A DNA stretch of 64,000 nt from an uncultured Acidobacteriota bacterium (lineage in GTDB: Bacteria > Acidobacteriota > Blastocatellia > RBC074), in contig CAWCKY010000004.1 in the NCBI GenBank assembly GCA_963796275.1, forward strand, positions 640,001 through 704,000, in the 5' to 3' direction. Positions 1-11,159 of this stretch are shown here, in pieces (position 1 is the first letter of the stretch; the number at the start of each line of letters is the position of its first letter). The notes below the pieces were generated by a model. That model saw nothing but the letters and a program-made list of their open reading frames with translations, searched no databases and was not told the DNA's origin. Position numbers and translations under genes: made by a program.

Positions 1-1020
1 ACCGTTGATAAATCGTAAATATCTGGGAAGGAGGCCGTCACACCGCTCCATGATCATTACACGCCTGGCGTAAAGGCGAAGCCCGCGCTCGGCGCCGTGA
101 TAGTAAAGATCGTAAGGCGCTTTTGCGGGGATGAAGAGCAAAGCCTGATACTCGACCTTGCCTTCGGCCTTGAGCGGGATCGTCTTGAACGGCTCGGTCC
201 AATCGTGTGAGATATGCCGGTGGAAGTCGGCATATTCGCTCTCTGTGATCTCACCCTGGCTGCGGCTCCAGATGGGTTTCATGGAGTTGAGAGTCTTGTC
301 CTCAATCACGTAAGTAGGCTGAGCATCCGGTTTCACTTCGCCGAATTGCCCCGTCTCCTCGCGCTCGAATTTGCAATTGATCGGGTAAGAAACAAAATCG
401 GAGTATCGTCTGACGATGCGCGAGAGAACCCATTGATCGGTGAAGTCCTCGATGCCGTTCTCGGCGTCTGCCGGTTTGAGGTGAAGCGTAATGGTTGTGC
501 CGCGTCCCGGGCGTTCAGACTCAGACAGTTTATAAGTGCCGTCTCCGGTCGATTCCCATAGCGTCGCTGCAGTCTCGCCCGCCCTGCGGGTCACCAGGGT
601 GACTTTGTCAGCCACCATGAACGAGGAGTAGAAGCCGACCCCGAATTGGCCGATGAACTCGGCCAGCAACTGGCTCGATTGGGCCTCTTTCAGCTTCTCG
701 CGCATTTCACGGGTTCCGGATTTCGCGATCGTCCCGATATTGGCGATCACCTCATCACGGCTCATGCCGATCCCCGTGTCGGAAATCGATAGAATTCTCT
801 GACCCGGGTCTGACTCCAGACGGATCTCGTAACGGTCATCTCCATCGATAAGAGACGGCTCTGTCAGGGCCTCAAACCGCAATCTGTCGAGCGCATCGGA
901 GGCATTGGAAATAAGTTCTCGAAGAAATATTTCTTTATTGGTGTAGAGCGAATGAATCATCAGATCGAGAAGTTGCCTGGTCTCGGCCTGGAATTGGAAT
1001 TCTTGCATCTTTGGTACCAT
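1..1020 (-). CDS. htpG: Molecular chaperone HtpG (Hsp90), 3' part runs off window
   Basis: Not in ORF track. Manual translation from ATG at 1020 gives MVPKMQEFQFQAETRQLLDLMIHSLYTNKEIFLRELISNASDALDRLRF...DTGIGMSRDEVIANIGTIAKSGT...IGQFGVGFYSSFMVADKV, the Hsp90 N-terminal signatures. Confidence 0.97.
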   Translation of the reverse strand, partial: MVPKMQEFQFQAETRQLLDLMIHSLYTNKEIFLRELISNASDALDRLRFEALTEPSLIDGDDRYEIRLESDPGQRILSISDTGIGMSRDEVIANIGTIAKSGTREMREKLKEAQSSQLLAEFIGQFGVGFYSSFMVADKVTLVTRRAGETAATLWESTGDGTYKLSESERPGRGTTITLHLKPADAENGIEDFTDQWVLSRIVRRYSDFVSYPINCKFEREETGQFGEVKPDAQPTYVIEDKTLNSMKPIWSRSQGEITESEYADFHRHISHDWTEPFKTIPLKAEGKVEYQALLFIPAKAPYDLYYHGAERGLRLYARRVMIMERCDGLLPRYLRFING

Positions 1021-1035
1021 TGGGTCCTCGCTTGC

Positions 1036-1794
1036 TTAACGAACGGTAACCTCATTCAAGTCCCGTGCTAGCTGCTGAAGTAAAAGAGATTGAGAGGATC
1101 GCAGAAAGAAATGATCGCCGGGCAGCATATGCAGTTTAAACCCGGACGCGGTCTGTTCCTTCCATTTCAACATCAGGTCGTTGGTCTCTTCGTCGTCATA
1201 CATTCCGCAAAAGGCGAATATGGGACATTGAAGCGGTCCGCCCTCGGTATATTCGTAGCTTTGAACCAACTGAAAATCGCCTCTGAGCATGGGGATCATC
1301 AGCTCCATAAGTTCGGCGTTTTCCAACACCTCACTGGGAGTGCCGTCGATCCTTCTCAGCTCTTCTATAAATTCATCGTGCGGCAGGTTATATGTAACTG
1401 GATCGGTGTCCGGGACGTGCGGCGCTCGGCGGCCCGACGGGAAAAGCGCGTGCGGTCCGCGTCCGGTTGTGCGGTGCAGATATCTCGCCAGTTCGAAGGC
1501 TATGACAGCACCCATACTATGGCCGTAGAAAGCGAAGGGTGCATCAAGCAGCGGCGCCATCGCATCGGCAAGAGCGCTTACCAGGGGAGTGACGGCGACA
1601 AAGGGAGGTTCGCTTAAACGCCCCCCTCGTCCCGGCAGTTCGACTGGTATTACCTGGATAGTTGTGGGGAGATGTTTCGCCCAATTCCTGTAGATTGAGG
1701 CTGTTCCTCCGGCATAGGGGAAACAGAAAAGTTTTAATTCGACGCGTCCGCGCGCGTTATAGTTCGGGAACCAGGCACCAGGTGCTTTCATCAT
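1036..1794 (-). CDS. Type II thioesterase (GrsT/SrfAD-like, NRPS/PKS editing)
   Basis: LFCFPYAGG, GHSMG nucleophile motif, C-terminal GDHFF; adjacent to mbtH. Confidence 0.93.
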   Translation of the reverse strand: MMKAPGAWFPNYNARGRVELKLFCFPYAGGTASIYRNWAKHLPTTIQVIPVELPGRGGRLSEPPFVAVTPLVSALADAMAPLLDAPFAFYGHSMGAVIAFELARYLHRTTGRGPHALFPSGRRAPHVPDTDPVTYNLPHDEFIEELRRIDGTPSEVLENAELMELMIPMLRGDFQLVQSYEYTEGGPLQCPIFAFCGMYDDEETNDLMLKWKEQTASGFKLHMLPGDHFFLRSSQSLLLQQLARDLNEVTVR

Positions 1795-1797
1795 AGA

Positions 1798-2019
1798 TCA
1801 GGCTCTTTTATCGCTCTCCATTGCCCTGATCAGACTTTTCGGCCTCATGTCAGTCCAGTGTTCGTTGATGTAATCGAGACAGGCCTGACGTTTGTCCGGC
1901 GGATGGGCGACGGTCCAGCCCGCTGGCACGTCTATGAACTCAGGCCATAATGAATATTGCCCCTCGTCGTTAATCAAAACAACGTAAATGCCGTTTTCGT
2001 CCTCAAATGGATTGGTCAT
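1798..2019 (-). CDS. mbtH: MbtH-like protein
   Basis: MTNPFEDE...[10 protein letters not shown]...VPAGW...[17 protein letters not shown] matches the MbtH consensus. Confidence 0.97.
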   Translation of the reverse strand: MTNPFEDENGIYVVLINDEGQYSLWPEFIDVPAGWTVAHPPDKRQACLDYINEHWTDMRPKSLIRAMESDKRA

Positions 2020-2045
2020 CTTTTCGGTTTTATCTCCTCATAAAA

Positions 2046-2120
2046 TTAGATGGGAATCAGGATTGTTCAGTTTTTGTTAAACGAACTGAAATCCTGAATG
2101 ATCCTGTAATTCCCATCTAA
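2046..2120. repeat. Intergenic inverted repeat (TTAGATGGGAAT...ATTCCCATCTAA) with inner CAGGAT/ATCCTG pairing
   Basis: 12-bp perfect outer IR between the 2157 gene stop and the mbtH start. Confidence 0.6.
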
Positions 2121-2156
2121 ACTACAAAGACTTGCCGGAAATATCAAGAGAAGCGA

Positions 2157-3245
2157 TCACCATCCGACTTCGATGTCGTATCGATCTGAACCGCCATCCC
2201 GGTCTTCAACCAGAATCGCCGCCGTATATCCATTATCTCGCGAGGGCTGTTGGATTACAGTCACGTTTCCACGCCCATTGAGTTTGCGCACTACCACATT
2301 CCGCCGGTCGGATGGCAAGGGCTGAAGGAAACGAAAATTGTCCTCGCGCACCGGTTGGCCTGCCTGATGTTCAACCCTGAGGTTGCCCCCGTTGATGAAA
2401 AGGATGTCGCGCCCATCGACCCGTCCGGACCATCGCAGGTTAGCGCGCACCTGTAATCCCGAATTGAAGTCCTGACCGGGACCGCGGCCGAAATCGCGAT
2501 TCCTCGGCTCATTCCAGATGAGTGTGAAGGTGTAAGTGCCTCCGCCACCCTTGTCATCACGGATGCGAACGGCAGCGGTGTGGTCGTTATCGCGATTAGG
2601 CTGTTCGACCAGTGTCAGTTCGCCCCGCCCTTCAGTGCCCACCAGGCTCACGCTGACGGACCGCGGCGGCAGAGGTGAGCTGAATCGATATCTATCGCGC
2701 GAGACTCCCTGGCCGTTGAGATTTTCATACCTGACCTGATTCCCACGGAATCGGACGATCGTTTCACCATCTACTCTTCCGCTCCAACTCACTTCCTCAG
2801 AGCGCTCATCGGAAGTTCCCTCTCTATCGCGCCGCGTGACGTCATACCAACGTAAGACGAAACCGTACGGAGATTTTCCCCCCTTGGTGTCATCTATGCG
2901 CACAACGGCCGTGTAATTGTTCTCCGGGCGCGGCTGCTGAATGAGGTTCACGCGACCACGACCCTCAACCTCAGCCAATACGAGCTGAATCGGTACGCTC
3001 GGAAGAGGATCAGTGAAATCGAATTGCTGGTTTTGAACGGGCAGTCCCGACTGGCTCTGGGATTGTACTTGCCGCCCTCTGATCCTGATGAAACTCGTAC
3101 CATCTACCTCACCTGCCCAGCGAAAACTTGCGACGCCGTTGTCGGATCGTTGAATTACGTCCCATCGCGCAAAGATCGAGGTACCGATAAGTGAAAGCAA
3201 CAACAGTGAAATAGGCACTCTTAGCAGGGATTTATTGAGTCGCAT
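2157..3245 (-). CDS. Secreted protein with three tandem ~95-aa beta-rich repeats of unknown function
   Basis: Signal peptide; three copies of W.G.VDG...F..PLP...GRG.(V/L)...(Q/E)QP...N..TA......D..GG...Y......W. Confidence 0.8.
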   Translation of the reverse strand: MRLNKSLLRVPISLLLLSLIGTSIFARWDVIQRSDNGVASFRWAGEVDGTSFIRIRGRQVQSQSQSGLPVQNQQFDFTDPLPSVPIQLVLAEVEGRGRVNLIQQPRPENNYTAVVRIDDTKGGKSPYGFVLRWYDVTRRDREGTSDERSEEVSWSGRVDGETIVRFRGNQVRYENLNGQGVSRDRYRFSSPLPPRSVSVSLVGTEGRGELTLVEQPNRDNDHTAAVRIRDDKGGGGTYTFTLIWNEPRNRDFGRGPGQDFNSGLQVRANLRWSGRVDGRDILFINGGNLRVEHQAGQPVREDNFRFLQPLPSDRRNVVVRKLNGRGNVTVIQQPSRDNGYTAAILVEDRDGGSDRYDIEVGW

Positions 3246-3437
3246 AAATTATCTCCATAATTTTTTGGATTGTGTCGACAGGGGGTACGTTCAGTCATCT
3301 CTCATTCGACATCCGGCTCTCATTCGACATCGGGTTAGCGAGAAATGCGGGGTAAGCATCTGTTCGCGCGCCGCCGTAGCTGCCATTATCTACGATAAGG
3401 CTGGCAAAATATATCCATACTTTTTTCAATACTTTTT

Positions 3438-4379
3438 TCAACCGAATTCGGGTCCGAGTATCCCGAACTGTTGGGCCGGCAGACCGGGATAAGGATTGTC
3501 CCTATAATACATTCGGACGAAAGGGCGTTGCTCACGAAACCCGATGGATGCAAGCCATCCGCGCCAGTCCGGTTCGTAATTCGAGGCATCAAGTATGAAC
3601 CTCTGACCGTCCCGCTGGCGTACACAAGCCGACACCAGTCGCCTCGCTGTCTGTTGATCGCGCGCCACAACAGGTCCCAGATGTTCGAAATTGACGCCGT
3701 GTCGCCCGAAGATGAACCCGGCGATTTGCCCAGCTTGCCCCGCTTGCCCCGCTTGCCCTAGTTGCCCCGCTTGCCCCGGTTGTTCGATAACCCAGGCATA
3801 TTCCGGCGCGCCATCGAACATCCATTCCAGCATCACGCGGCGCTCGGCGCCGAACACCTGTCGATCGAAAAATTCGATAGCCGGTAAATCTTCTCTCGTC
3901 ATCGGGCGGGCTAGATTGTCAGGTTGCATCAAGCCGCCGGCGGGCGCCGACTTCTCCACTCTCTCCATCCGGCTGAGGCTATATTCGTCAACGAAATCGA
4001 GTTTCCGATAAACCTCGCATCCTGCCGGAGTGGCATCGAGCCGGATAGAGGGGATGCCACTCAGCACATCGAGCGCCATCGACATGAGGCACGTACCGAC
4101 GCCCCGGCCGCGCTCCACCGGATCGACGAGTACCATGCCGATCCAACTGAACCGATCTTCGTAACTCACCGTAGTCACCGTGCCGATCACCAACCCATCT
4201 TTCACGGCGACCAGGCAGCCATCCGGGCTGAGTTTCAGAAACATCTCCCAGTCGCGTCTCGTCTGATTCCAGCGAGCGATGCGGCACAAGCGCAAACCCG
4301 CTTCGATGTCTGGCGGCTGCATCGGACGAACAACGATCTCGGTTGTCGGTGGAATTTTGGCGAGTATCTTGCTACCCAT
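3438..4379 (-). CDS. GNAT family N-acetyltransferase (tandem GNAT, YitH-like)
   Basis: WIGMVLVDPVERGRGVG acetyl-CoA motif, LDATPAG..VY.KLDF, C-terminal HLGPVVA domain. Confidence 0.85.
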   Translation of the reverse strand: MGSKILAKIPPTTEIVVRPMQPPDIEAGLRLCRIARWNQTRRDWEMFLKLSPDGCLVAVKDGLVIGTVTTVSYEDRFSWIGMVLVDPVERGRGVGTCLMSMALDVLSGIPSIRLDATPAGCEVYRKLDFVDEYSLSRMERVEKSAPAGGLMQPDNLARPMTREDLPAIEFFDRQVFGAERRVMLEWMFDGAPEYAWVIEQPGQAGQLGQAGQAGQAGQIAGFIFGRHGVNFEHLGPVVARDQQTARRLVSACVRQRDGQRFILDASNYEPDWRGWLASIGFREQRPFVRMYYRDNPYPGLPAQQFGILGPEFG

Positions 4380-4391
4380 CTCATGGCCTTA

Positions 4392-6050
4392 TCAATTTCT
4401 GATGACGTCGATGTAGTACAGGTCAGTGGCAACCTCAAATTCTTCTTTCTTCAATTCTATTTTCAAAGTCTTCCATTCCGTCGCCGGCTGGATAAGGCGC
4501 CAGTCCGGTTTCCGACCGACCTTCACCGGCATAGCGAACTCCTTGACCCCGGCTTTCCAGCGATAGGAAACGCTGCCGCCGTTCTCATCAAATCGCAATT
4601 CGAGCGCCGGAAGCGCGTCGTGACGCAAGTATTGATCAAAGATCGGAGTAAGATGCAAGCCTGTCCTCTCGTTGAAAAACTTCACCACATCTTCGGTCAT
4701 GATATTGCGGTATTTGAATCGGCTACCGTAATCGCGCAGCAACTTCCACCAGCGCGCGTCATTATCGATCACCGAGCGTAGCGTATTCAGGAACAGCGCG
4801 CCTTTGAAATATTGATCCTGTGACGGTGTTCGATTGACTCCACGAGCGGTAATGATCGGTTGCCGGTTTCTGACCTTCGCTTTATAGCCGTTGACATACT
4901 TGAGCGCGTCTTCCCGTCCGAAAATCGCTTCGACATAGACGCATTCAGCGTATGTCGCCCACCCCTCGTGAATCCACTGATCGGAGACGTCGCTGGCGGT
5001 GATGCTGTTGCCGAACCATTCGTGCGCGCTCTCATGAACGATGATGAAGTCGAATTTCAGACTGACGCCGACGCCCGTCCAATCTCGTTCGAGATAGCCG
5101 TTGGCAGAAGCGGTTCCCATAAGTGACCGCGCTTTGATGCTCCATCCCTGAGTACGGTACTTCGATCAGTTTGTATCCGTCCCTTTTGAACGGGTACTCG
5201 CCGAAATACTTGTGAAACGCCTCCATCATCGGCTTCGCTTGCGCAAATTGCCGCCTGGCCTTCTCCAGATTTTCGGGCAGACAATAGAAATCCATGGCGA
5301 GATCGCCCAGCCGGTCGCTGAAGTGTTCATAGCTGCCGATATTGAGCGAAACGCAATAATTATTGATGGGGTAGTTGATCGGCCCAGTCATAGCGCGTAT
5401 AGCCGTCGCCGAGGTCGATTTTCCTTTCCAGTCGCCCGTTGGAAACATCGGTAAGCTCGCTGGGGACGGCGACTCGCAATCGCATGTTCTCGACTTCGTC
5501 GCGCTGCTGATCTTTGTTGGGCCACCAGATGCTGGCGCCTATTCCCTCGCACGCGGTCGTGATCCAGTGCCGGCCGGCGGGATCCTTTTGGAAGCTGATG
5601 CCGCCGAACCGCCCGGTCTCCTGCGGATAACCGGAGTAATAAAAATCGATGGCCTGGACGGAACCTCTCTTGAGCGTCGCAGGGAAGTCAACGAAGACCG
5701 TGCCCAGCTCGCGCGCGTATTTCAGCTCGGTCGAACCGAGCAGGATTTTGTCGACATTGAGATTGGCAAATAGATCGAGCTGGATCCGCGTGTCATCCTT
5801 CAGCATCTTGAAACGGATCGTATTCTTTCCAGCTGATGAACTTCTTCTCCGGATCGACGCGAATACTCAGATCGTAGGAGAGCAGGTCGTTATTGGCCCG
5901 CCACGGACCATACTCGCCTCGCAGGATATCGGCCCGCGAAGGATCCGCTGGTGCCGGAGCTGATTGCTGCGGCGGCGCCTGTGCCGGCGCCCGGAAGACA
6001 AGGACCAGCAGGAATAGACAAACAAGTTGGGTAAAGAGATATAGTCGCAT
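4392..6050 (-). CDS. Secreted M1 family metallo-aminopeptidase (split into four ORF fragments by three frameshifts)
   Basis: Signal peptide at 6050, SGMEHQS exopeptidase motif, HESAHEWFGN...WIHEG zinc motif, YFKGA. Fragments 5793-6050, 5360-5806, 5032-5448 and 4392-5120 are colinear. Confidence 0.88.
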
Positions 6051-6074
6051 CGAGTAATCTTACCCTAGAACTCC

Positions 6075-9000
6075 CTAGAAATTGATTTTGAGCGCCAGTT
6101 GCACAAACCGGGGAAGGTTTGTTTGCGACCGAGCTCCCTCTCCCATCCTTCCGAAATTGCCCGAGGCCGGGCTGGTCTCGGGCCCGTTGAAGAACTGGGG
6201 CGTATTGAAGGCGTTGATGAATTCCGCGCGGAACTGCGCCGACACGCGCTCGGTGATGGCGAATCTCTTGTGCACGGAAAGGTCGAAGTTCCGGATCGGC
6301 GGATTCCTCAGACTGCCATAACGGATCGAGACTGCCCGGAAGGCCAAGGGGTCCAGAGTGCGGAACGAGCCGGGCGTGTACCACTGATCGATCGTCCGAT
6401 TTGCCGGGATCGGATCTACGCCGGCGATCGGCTCCGCGTTAGCCGGGAAAGTAGTCGGCATGCCGCTCTGCAATCTCACCAGCCCATTCACAGTCCAGCC
6501 GCCCAGTATCCCGTTGACCAACCCGCTACTTGAAGAAAGGTACTTCCGTTTGCGTCCGAAGGGGAGTTCATAGCCGCCGTTGATGCCGATGTTGTGCGGC
6601 ACGTCGTTCTCCGCGATCAACTTGTCGATCTGGACATCCTGCGCGTTCTGGATATTGACCCATTCCAACAGCTTCGACCACGTGTATGAGAAGGTGAAGG
6701 TCGCGCCCGCCGAGAAGCGTTTTTGCAGCGAAGACTGCCAGGCCCAGTATTCGGCATAGCCGCCGCTGATGCCCTGAACAAAGATGCTGCCGAACTGCGG
6801 GAAGGGACGAAGCAGTTGCTGGCGTTGTACCTTATCACCATTGAATTGTGTTCCCGGGGCGAGCCCCGCAAATGGATTGTCCACCAGCTCAGTCAGGTAA
6901 GCAGGACCCCGAGCCAGATCCGCGGCGGAGATTCTCGTTAATTGCCACACCCAGCGGGAGCGCGCGCGAACTGCTGCCAACCGCGCCCGTCGAAAAGAGC
7001 ATATCCCAAGGCAACTGGCGTTGAATTTCGAAGGAATATTGCCAGACGTAGGGTATGCGACGCTGGGGATTGAAGACGGTGAGAGATGGTATTCCTATGG
7101 TGTTGGTACGATCGCGAAAGGCTGGTATCAGCCCGTCGGGAAATGGGTCCCGAATATCCACGTCTGGAATACCGCGTTCCTGAGTGCCCGACGTGAACGA
7201 GGTCTGCTGCGAGAACCCGGTCGCGCCCGGCTCATCCCATACTTGCGCGTAGAAGATACCCACGCCGCCGCGCATAACCGTGCGGTCATTCAACAGAAAA
7301 GCAACTCCGAGGCGCGGCATGATGTTGTTCGCATCTGGATCGAAAGCGCCGCGCGGCTCTCCGCCTACCCCCGCATAGACGATGTTGCCCTTGAACCCGG
7401 GAACCTCGATTGGTAAAGGCGCGTTCGGATCGAACCCGCGGTTGAGGTTGTCGAAGCGATCCGACATCCCCGTGATGTATTCATACCTTAAGCCGACATT
7501 CAATTTCAGCCGCTTCGTCAATCGCCAGTCGTCCTGTAGAAACCCCCCGTAGCTGACCTGCTGTCGCGCTGGAAATGCGCGAATCTCCATATTACCGTTC
7601 TGCGGATAGCCCAGCAGGAATGAGGCGATGGCATTGCCGGAACCACGCGATGGTGCGGCGAAGGGGTCTTGTTGCGTGAACTGCGAGGTGAACATGAAAG
7701 CGCCGTTCGCGTTGCCGGGATTTCGCTCGTTAACGCGATTGATTCGGGTTTCGAAACCAGCCTTGAGGGAGTGGGCGCCCAGCAGTTTAGAGACCGTCGC
7801 GACCAAATGATAGGCCGTCGAGGCCGGTGACACGCGGAACGCGTTGGACCCGAGCCCTTCGTAATCCTGAAAGCGGAAGACCGGAAAATGATTCAGAGCC
7901 TGGCTGATAAAGCGCGGTGAAAAGTTCAAACTGGACAGGTCGAAATCAGCGCCCTGCGCGTTTCCCTGAGGCGACGTGAAGCGAGCGACGCCGAACCTGA
8001 CATCGGCCACGGTCGTCGTATTGAGCGTGTGGGTGACGGCGGATACTCCGTTGTAGTTCTGTCGCGTGAATGGCAGATTGCTGCCGGGTTCGGCCTCGTT
8101 GCCATAGCGGTATCCGCGAAACTCGTCCAGCCGGTTGAATGCGATGCGGCCGAATATCTTGGTGGCTTCGGAAAGATTGTAATCCAACCGCCCGGTATGC
8201 GAATTGAAATTGCCGATGAACCGCGGGATGTCCCTGCCGTTGGTGTAGTTATTCAGCCCCAGCGGATTTCCCGGCGCATTCGGCGCGGGCAGAAAAGCTA
8301 ACGCAGCGCGCGCCACCGGGTTGATTCGGTTTTCAGGTATCTTGTTATCGGGGAACGCGTCGCGGATGAACTGTCCGGGACGGGCCGGATCGGGCCGTGT
8401 CGTCAGTGGATCGTAGATCAACTGCAAATCACTGGTTTTTGAGAAATCGCCGGCCCGCTGCTCCGGCGTGGGAATAGACGTGGTGAACACATCGGGTATG
8501 CTCTGGCGGATCCCCTCGTATGCATATGAGAAAAAGAGTTTGTCCTTGAAAACCGGACCATTGAAAATACCCCCGAAGGTATTAATGTTCGACCGCTGGC
8601 GCGCGATATTCGAGCGGTTCGAATTGAAATCGTTGGCATTGAACAGGGTGTTTTGCATGAATTCGAAAACACCTCCGTGCCATTGGTTGGAACCCGCACG
8701 CGTGACCGACGTGATCACACCTCCGGTAGTGAAGCCGTATTGGCTGTCGAATGGAGTAGTCACAACCTTGAACTCAGAGACGGAATCGATCGAAGGTACG
8801 AATGAGACCTGACCGGCCTGGTAGGTAGCGGTGACGCCGTCCACCTGCACGTCATTCAGTCCGCGCCGTCCGCCGTTGATCTGTATGGAGGAGCTGCCCG
8901 AGATATCGAAGGGGCGCAGACGCGTCACGGAGGCGGCGATCTGGACGCCGGGCACCGACCAGGCGATGGCGAACATATTCCTGCCTTGCAGCGGCGTGTT

Positions 9001-9435
9001 ATGCACCCGGGTGGAATCGACGACTATGCCGCGTACGGCTGTCTCGGTTTGCAGTTGCGCAATATCCTCACGTACCGTCACCGATTCGCTGAGCTCTCCC
9101 GCCTCAATCGACAGATTGAGAGTCGACTGATCGGCGACCTGTAGAGTGACGCCTGTACGCGACAGTTTGCGAAAACCCGTCTTCTCGACAGTGATCAGGT
9201 ATTCACCGGGCTCCAGATTGCGGAGTGCGTATTCACCCCCGGCGCCTGACTCGGTTTGGTAGATTGCATTCGTCGCGATATGTCGAGCTGTGATGGCGGC
9301 TCCGGGCACAAAGGCCCCGCCGGCGTCGGTCACCTGGCCAGAGATGGTGGCTCGAAAATCCTGCGCCCTCGCTTGAACTCCGAGAGCGATGACCATCAGG
9401 AAAATTACAGAGAAACGAGAAGATTTAAGAAACAT
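6075..9435 (-). CDS. Oar-like TonB-dependent receptor with carboxypeptidase-regulatory N-domain (one frameshift near 6930)
   Basis: Signal peptide, ATISGQVTDAGG, SEFKVVT..FDSQYG plug motif, FLQDDWR...LNVGLRYE; second fragment ends QFRAEFINAFN...QLALKINF. Confidence 0.9.
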
Positions 9436-9740
9436 AGAAGCCTCAGAAGATGCAACGCCCTCGACTGAACTTCTACTACTTAATTTTCAACTTACCTGTG
9501 AGAGGCGTTAGCCGAGAGTGATAGTTTATCGAATTGCAAAATGCCGACGTTGGTGGTCAAGCATCCGCTTCCCGTCTGTCCGAGGCTCAAATCCTATAGT
9601 GCAACCCTCTCTCGATTCAAGGGTCGCGGGAATTCGCACCATAAAATAAAAAAGGACAATGAACGCAATGACGAGCCGATAGGATTACCGGTTTCTTCTC
9701 TTTGAGTTCTGTCCTTTTGTAAATTTGGGTGGCGAATCTA

Positions 9741-10547
9741 TCAGCGATTCTTGGTAACCGTAACCGGCGCGCTGAGCCTGAAAGTCAGCAGCGTCTCGTC
9801 CGGAATCACCGCCGGATCACCTCTCGTCGCCAGTGTCGCGGCCGTTCCCGCTCCGCCGCCCACACCTGCGCCGATAGCGGCTCCTTTACCGCCACCGGCA
9901 ATCGCCCCGATTACCGCGCCGGCCCCGGCGCCGATCCCGATCTTCTTGGCATCTTTCTTTTTGCTGGTAGGGGCGAGCTTGCTGTAGGGGCTCGTTGAAA
10001 TTTCTATCCTTCTACCGTCGGCCAGGGTCAGGCTTTTCAGCGCCACATCAATCGACGCCACACCTTTTACGCGGCCGCCGGGATCAGAGCTTGTGACCAC
10101 CCCTTCGACCGGTGCTCCCTGTTTCGCAATCACCCAATCACCGTCGACAATCGCCTTACTCAAGCTTCCGGAAAAAGTATCTCCCGTCTTGTTCGTCTTC
10201 GTCGAGATCGGCGTAGCCGTGTAAACGGAGATTACGCGGCCGGAAGAGAGCGTGAAAGTGCGCGGTGGCGCGGGCGTAGGCGTGGGCATAGGCGTTGCGA
10301 CCGCCTCCGTTCTCGCAGTCCCGGCTGCCGGTGCCGACGGAGTGGCTATCGCCGCCGCTGCCGTCGCTTCCGGCGTTGGCGATGCTACTTGTGCAACCGA
10401 CGGTGTCTGCGTAGCAACGGTTGTGGGGGGAGTGGGCGCTGACGATGTTTCAGTCGAGCTGGACCTGCAGGCCAACTGTGCGAAACCACTGGCTGCGAGT
10501 AACAGCCCAAGCAATGCATAACTGATTCTTTTCATAATAGCCTCCAT
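9741..10547 (-). CDS. Putative lipoprotein/secreted protein with Pro/Thr/Ala linker and glycine-zipper C-terminal domain
   Basis: Hydrophobic N-terminus ending LAC, low-complexity PT linker, KIGIGAGAGAVIGAIAGGGKGAAIGAGVGGGAG. Confidence 0.75.
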   Translation of the reverse strand: MEAIMKRISYALLGLLLAASGFAQLACRSSSTETSSAPTPPTTVATQTPSVAQVASPTPEATAAAAIATPSAPAAGTARTEAVATPMPTPTPAPPRTFTLSSGRVISVYTATPISTKTNKTGDTFSGSLSKAIVDGDWVIAKQGAPVEGVVTSSDPGGRVKGVASIDVALKSLTLADGRRIEISTSPYSKLAPTSKKKDAKKIGIGAGAGAVIGAIAGGGKGAAIGAGVGGGAGTAATLATRGDPAVIPDETLLTFRLSAPVTVTKNR

Positions 10548-10554
10548 TCATAAT

Positions 10555-11094
10555 TCATTTCTTAACCGGAGGTGGGAATTTCTCGAACATCTTGGTCAGA
10601 GCTTTGTCGATCGTTTTTTCGTTCTTTTCCGGCTTGTCGCTGACCGTCCCGCTTGCAGTAGCGCGCCAGATGTATTTTTTATCCTTTACGTCACCTATAT
10701 CGACGATCAGTTGACCGACCGGAATCTTATCGACATAGGTGGTCGACGAGCCCATTCCTCCTCCCCAGCGCCAGCCGGGACCATACATCCCCGTGTCGAT
10801 GGTATTCAGCTGGGTTTCGGTATCCACCGCAGCGTGGTACATAACGACCAGGTCCGGGTTGCTCTTCGGATCGACCTTCTGCAAGCCCTTGGATGACAAT
10901 TGTGATTCGATGCCCTGAACTATCCGTTGATCCATGATCGGATTTTTAGCATGCGTATTGTTTCCCCAGGCATATGTCTTGAAGTTTTGAAAACTGGTGC
11001 CTTTGTCCCAATCCACGTTTACCTTCTGCGCCGAAGCAACGATGGCTAGCATAAACAGAATAGACAGACTGGATACGATTCGTGTCACTCTCAT
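10555..11094 (-). CDS. DUF4136 domain protein
   Basis: V.VDWDKGTSF..FKTYAW, G.L.VDI.D...K.IWR.TA, K..E.FPP pattern. Confidence 0.8.
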   Translation of the reverse strand: MRVTRIVSSLSILFMLAIVASAQKVNVDWDKGTSFQNFKTYAWGNNTHAKNPIMDQRIVQGIESQLSSKGLQKVDPKSNPDLVVMYHAAVDTETQLNTIDTGMYGPGWRWGGGMGSSTTYVDKIPVGQLIVDIGDVKDKKYIWRATASGTVSDKPEKNEKTIDKALTKMFEKFPPPVKK

Positions 11095-11159
11095 TACTAC
11101 CTCCTATTGTTAATGCGATTCACTTGCAGTCATCACCAAGCAGGAGCGCGTGTCTGCTC

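Noticed and set aside
4392-6050. Programmed ribosomal frameshifting in the M1 peptidase and other split genes
   Set aside because: No canonical slippery heptamers noticed, and scattered single-base indels fit assembly error better.
3438-9435. M1 aminopeptidase, GNAT and TBDR as tailoring or transport genes of the RiPP
   Set aside because: They are separated from the RiPP genes by three genes and a ~300-bp gap, and no sequence evidence links them.
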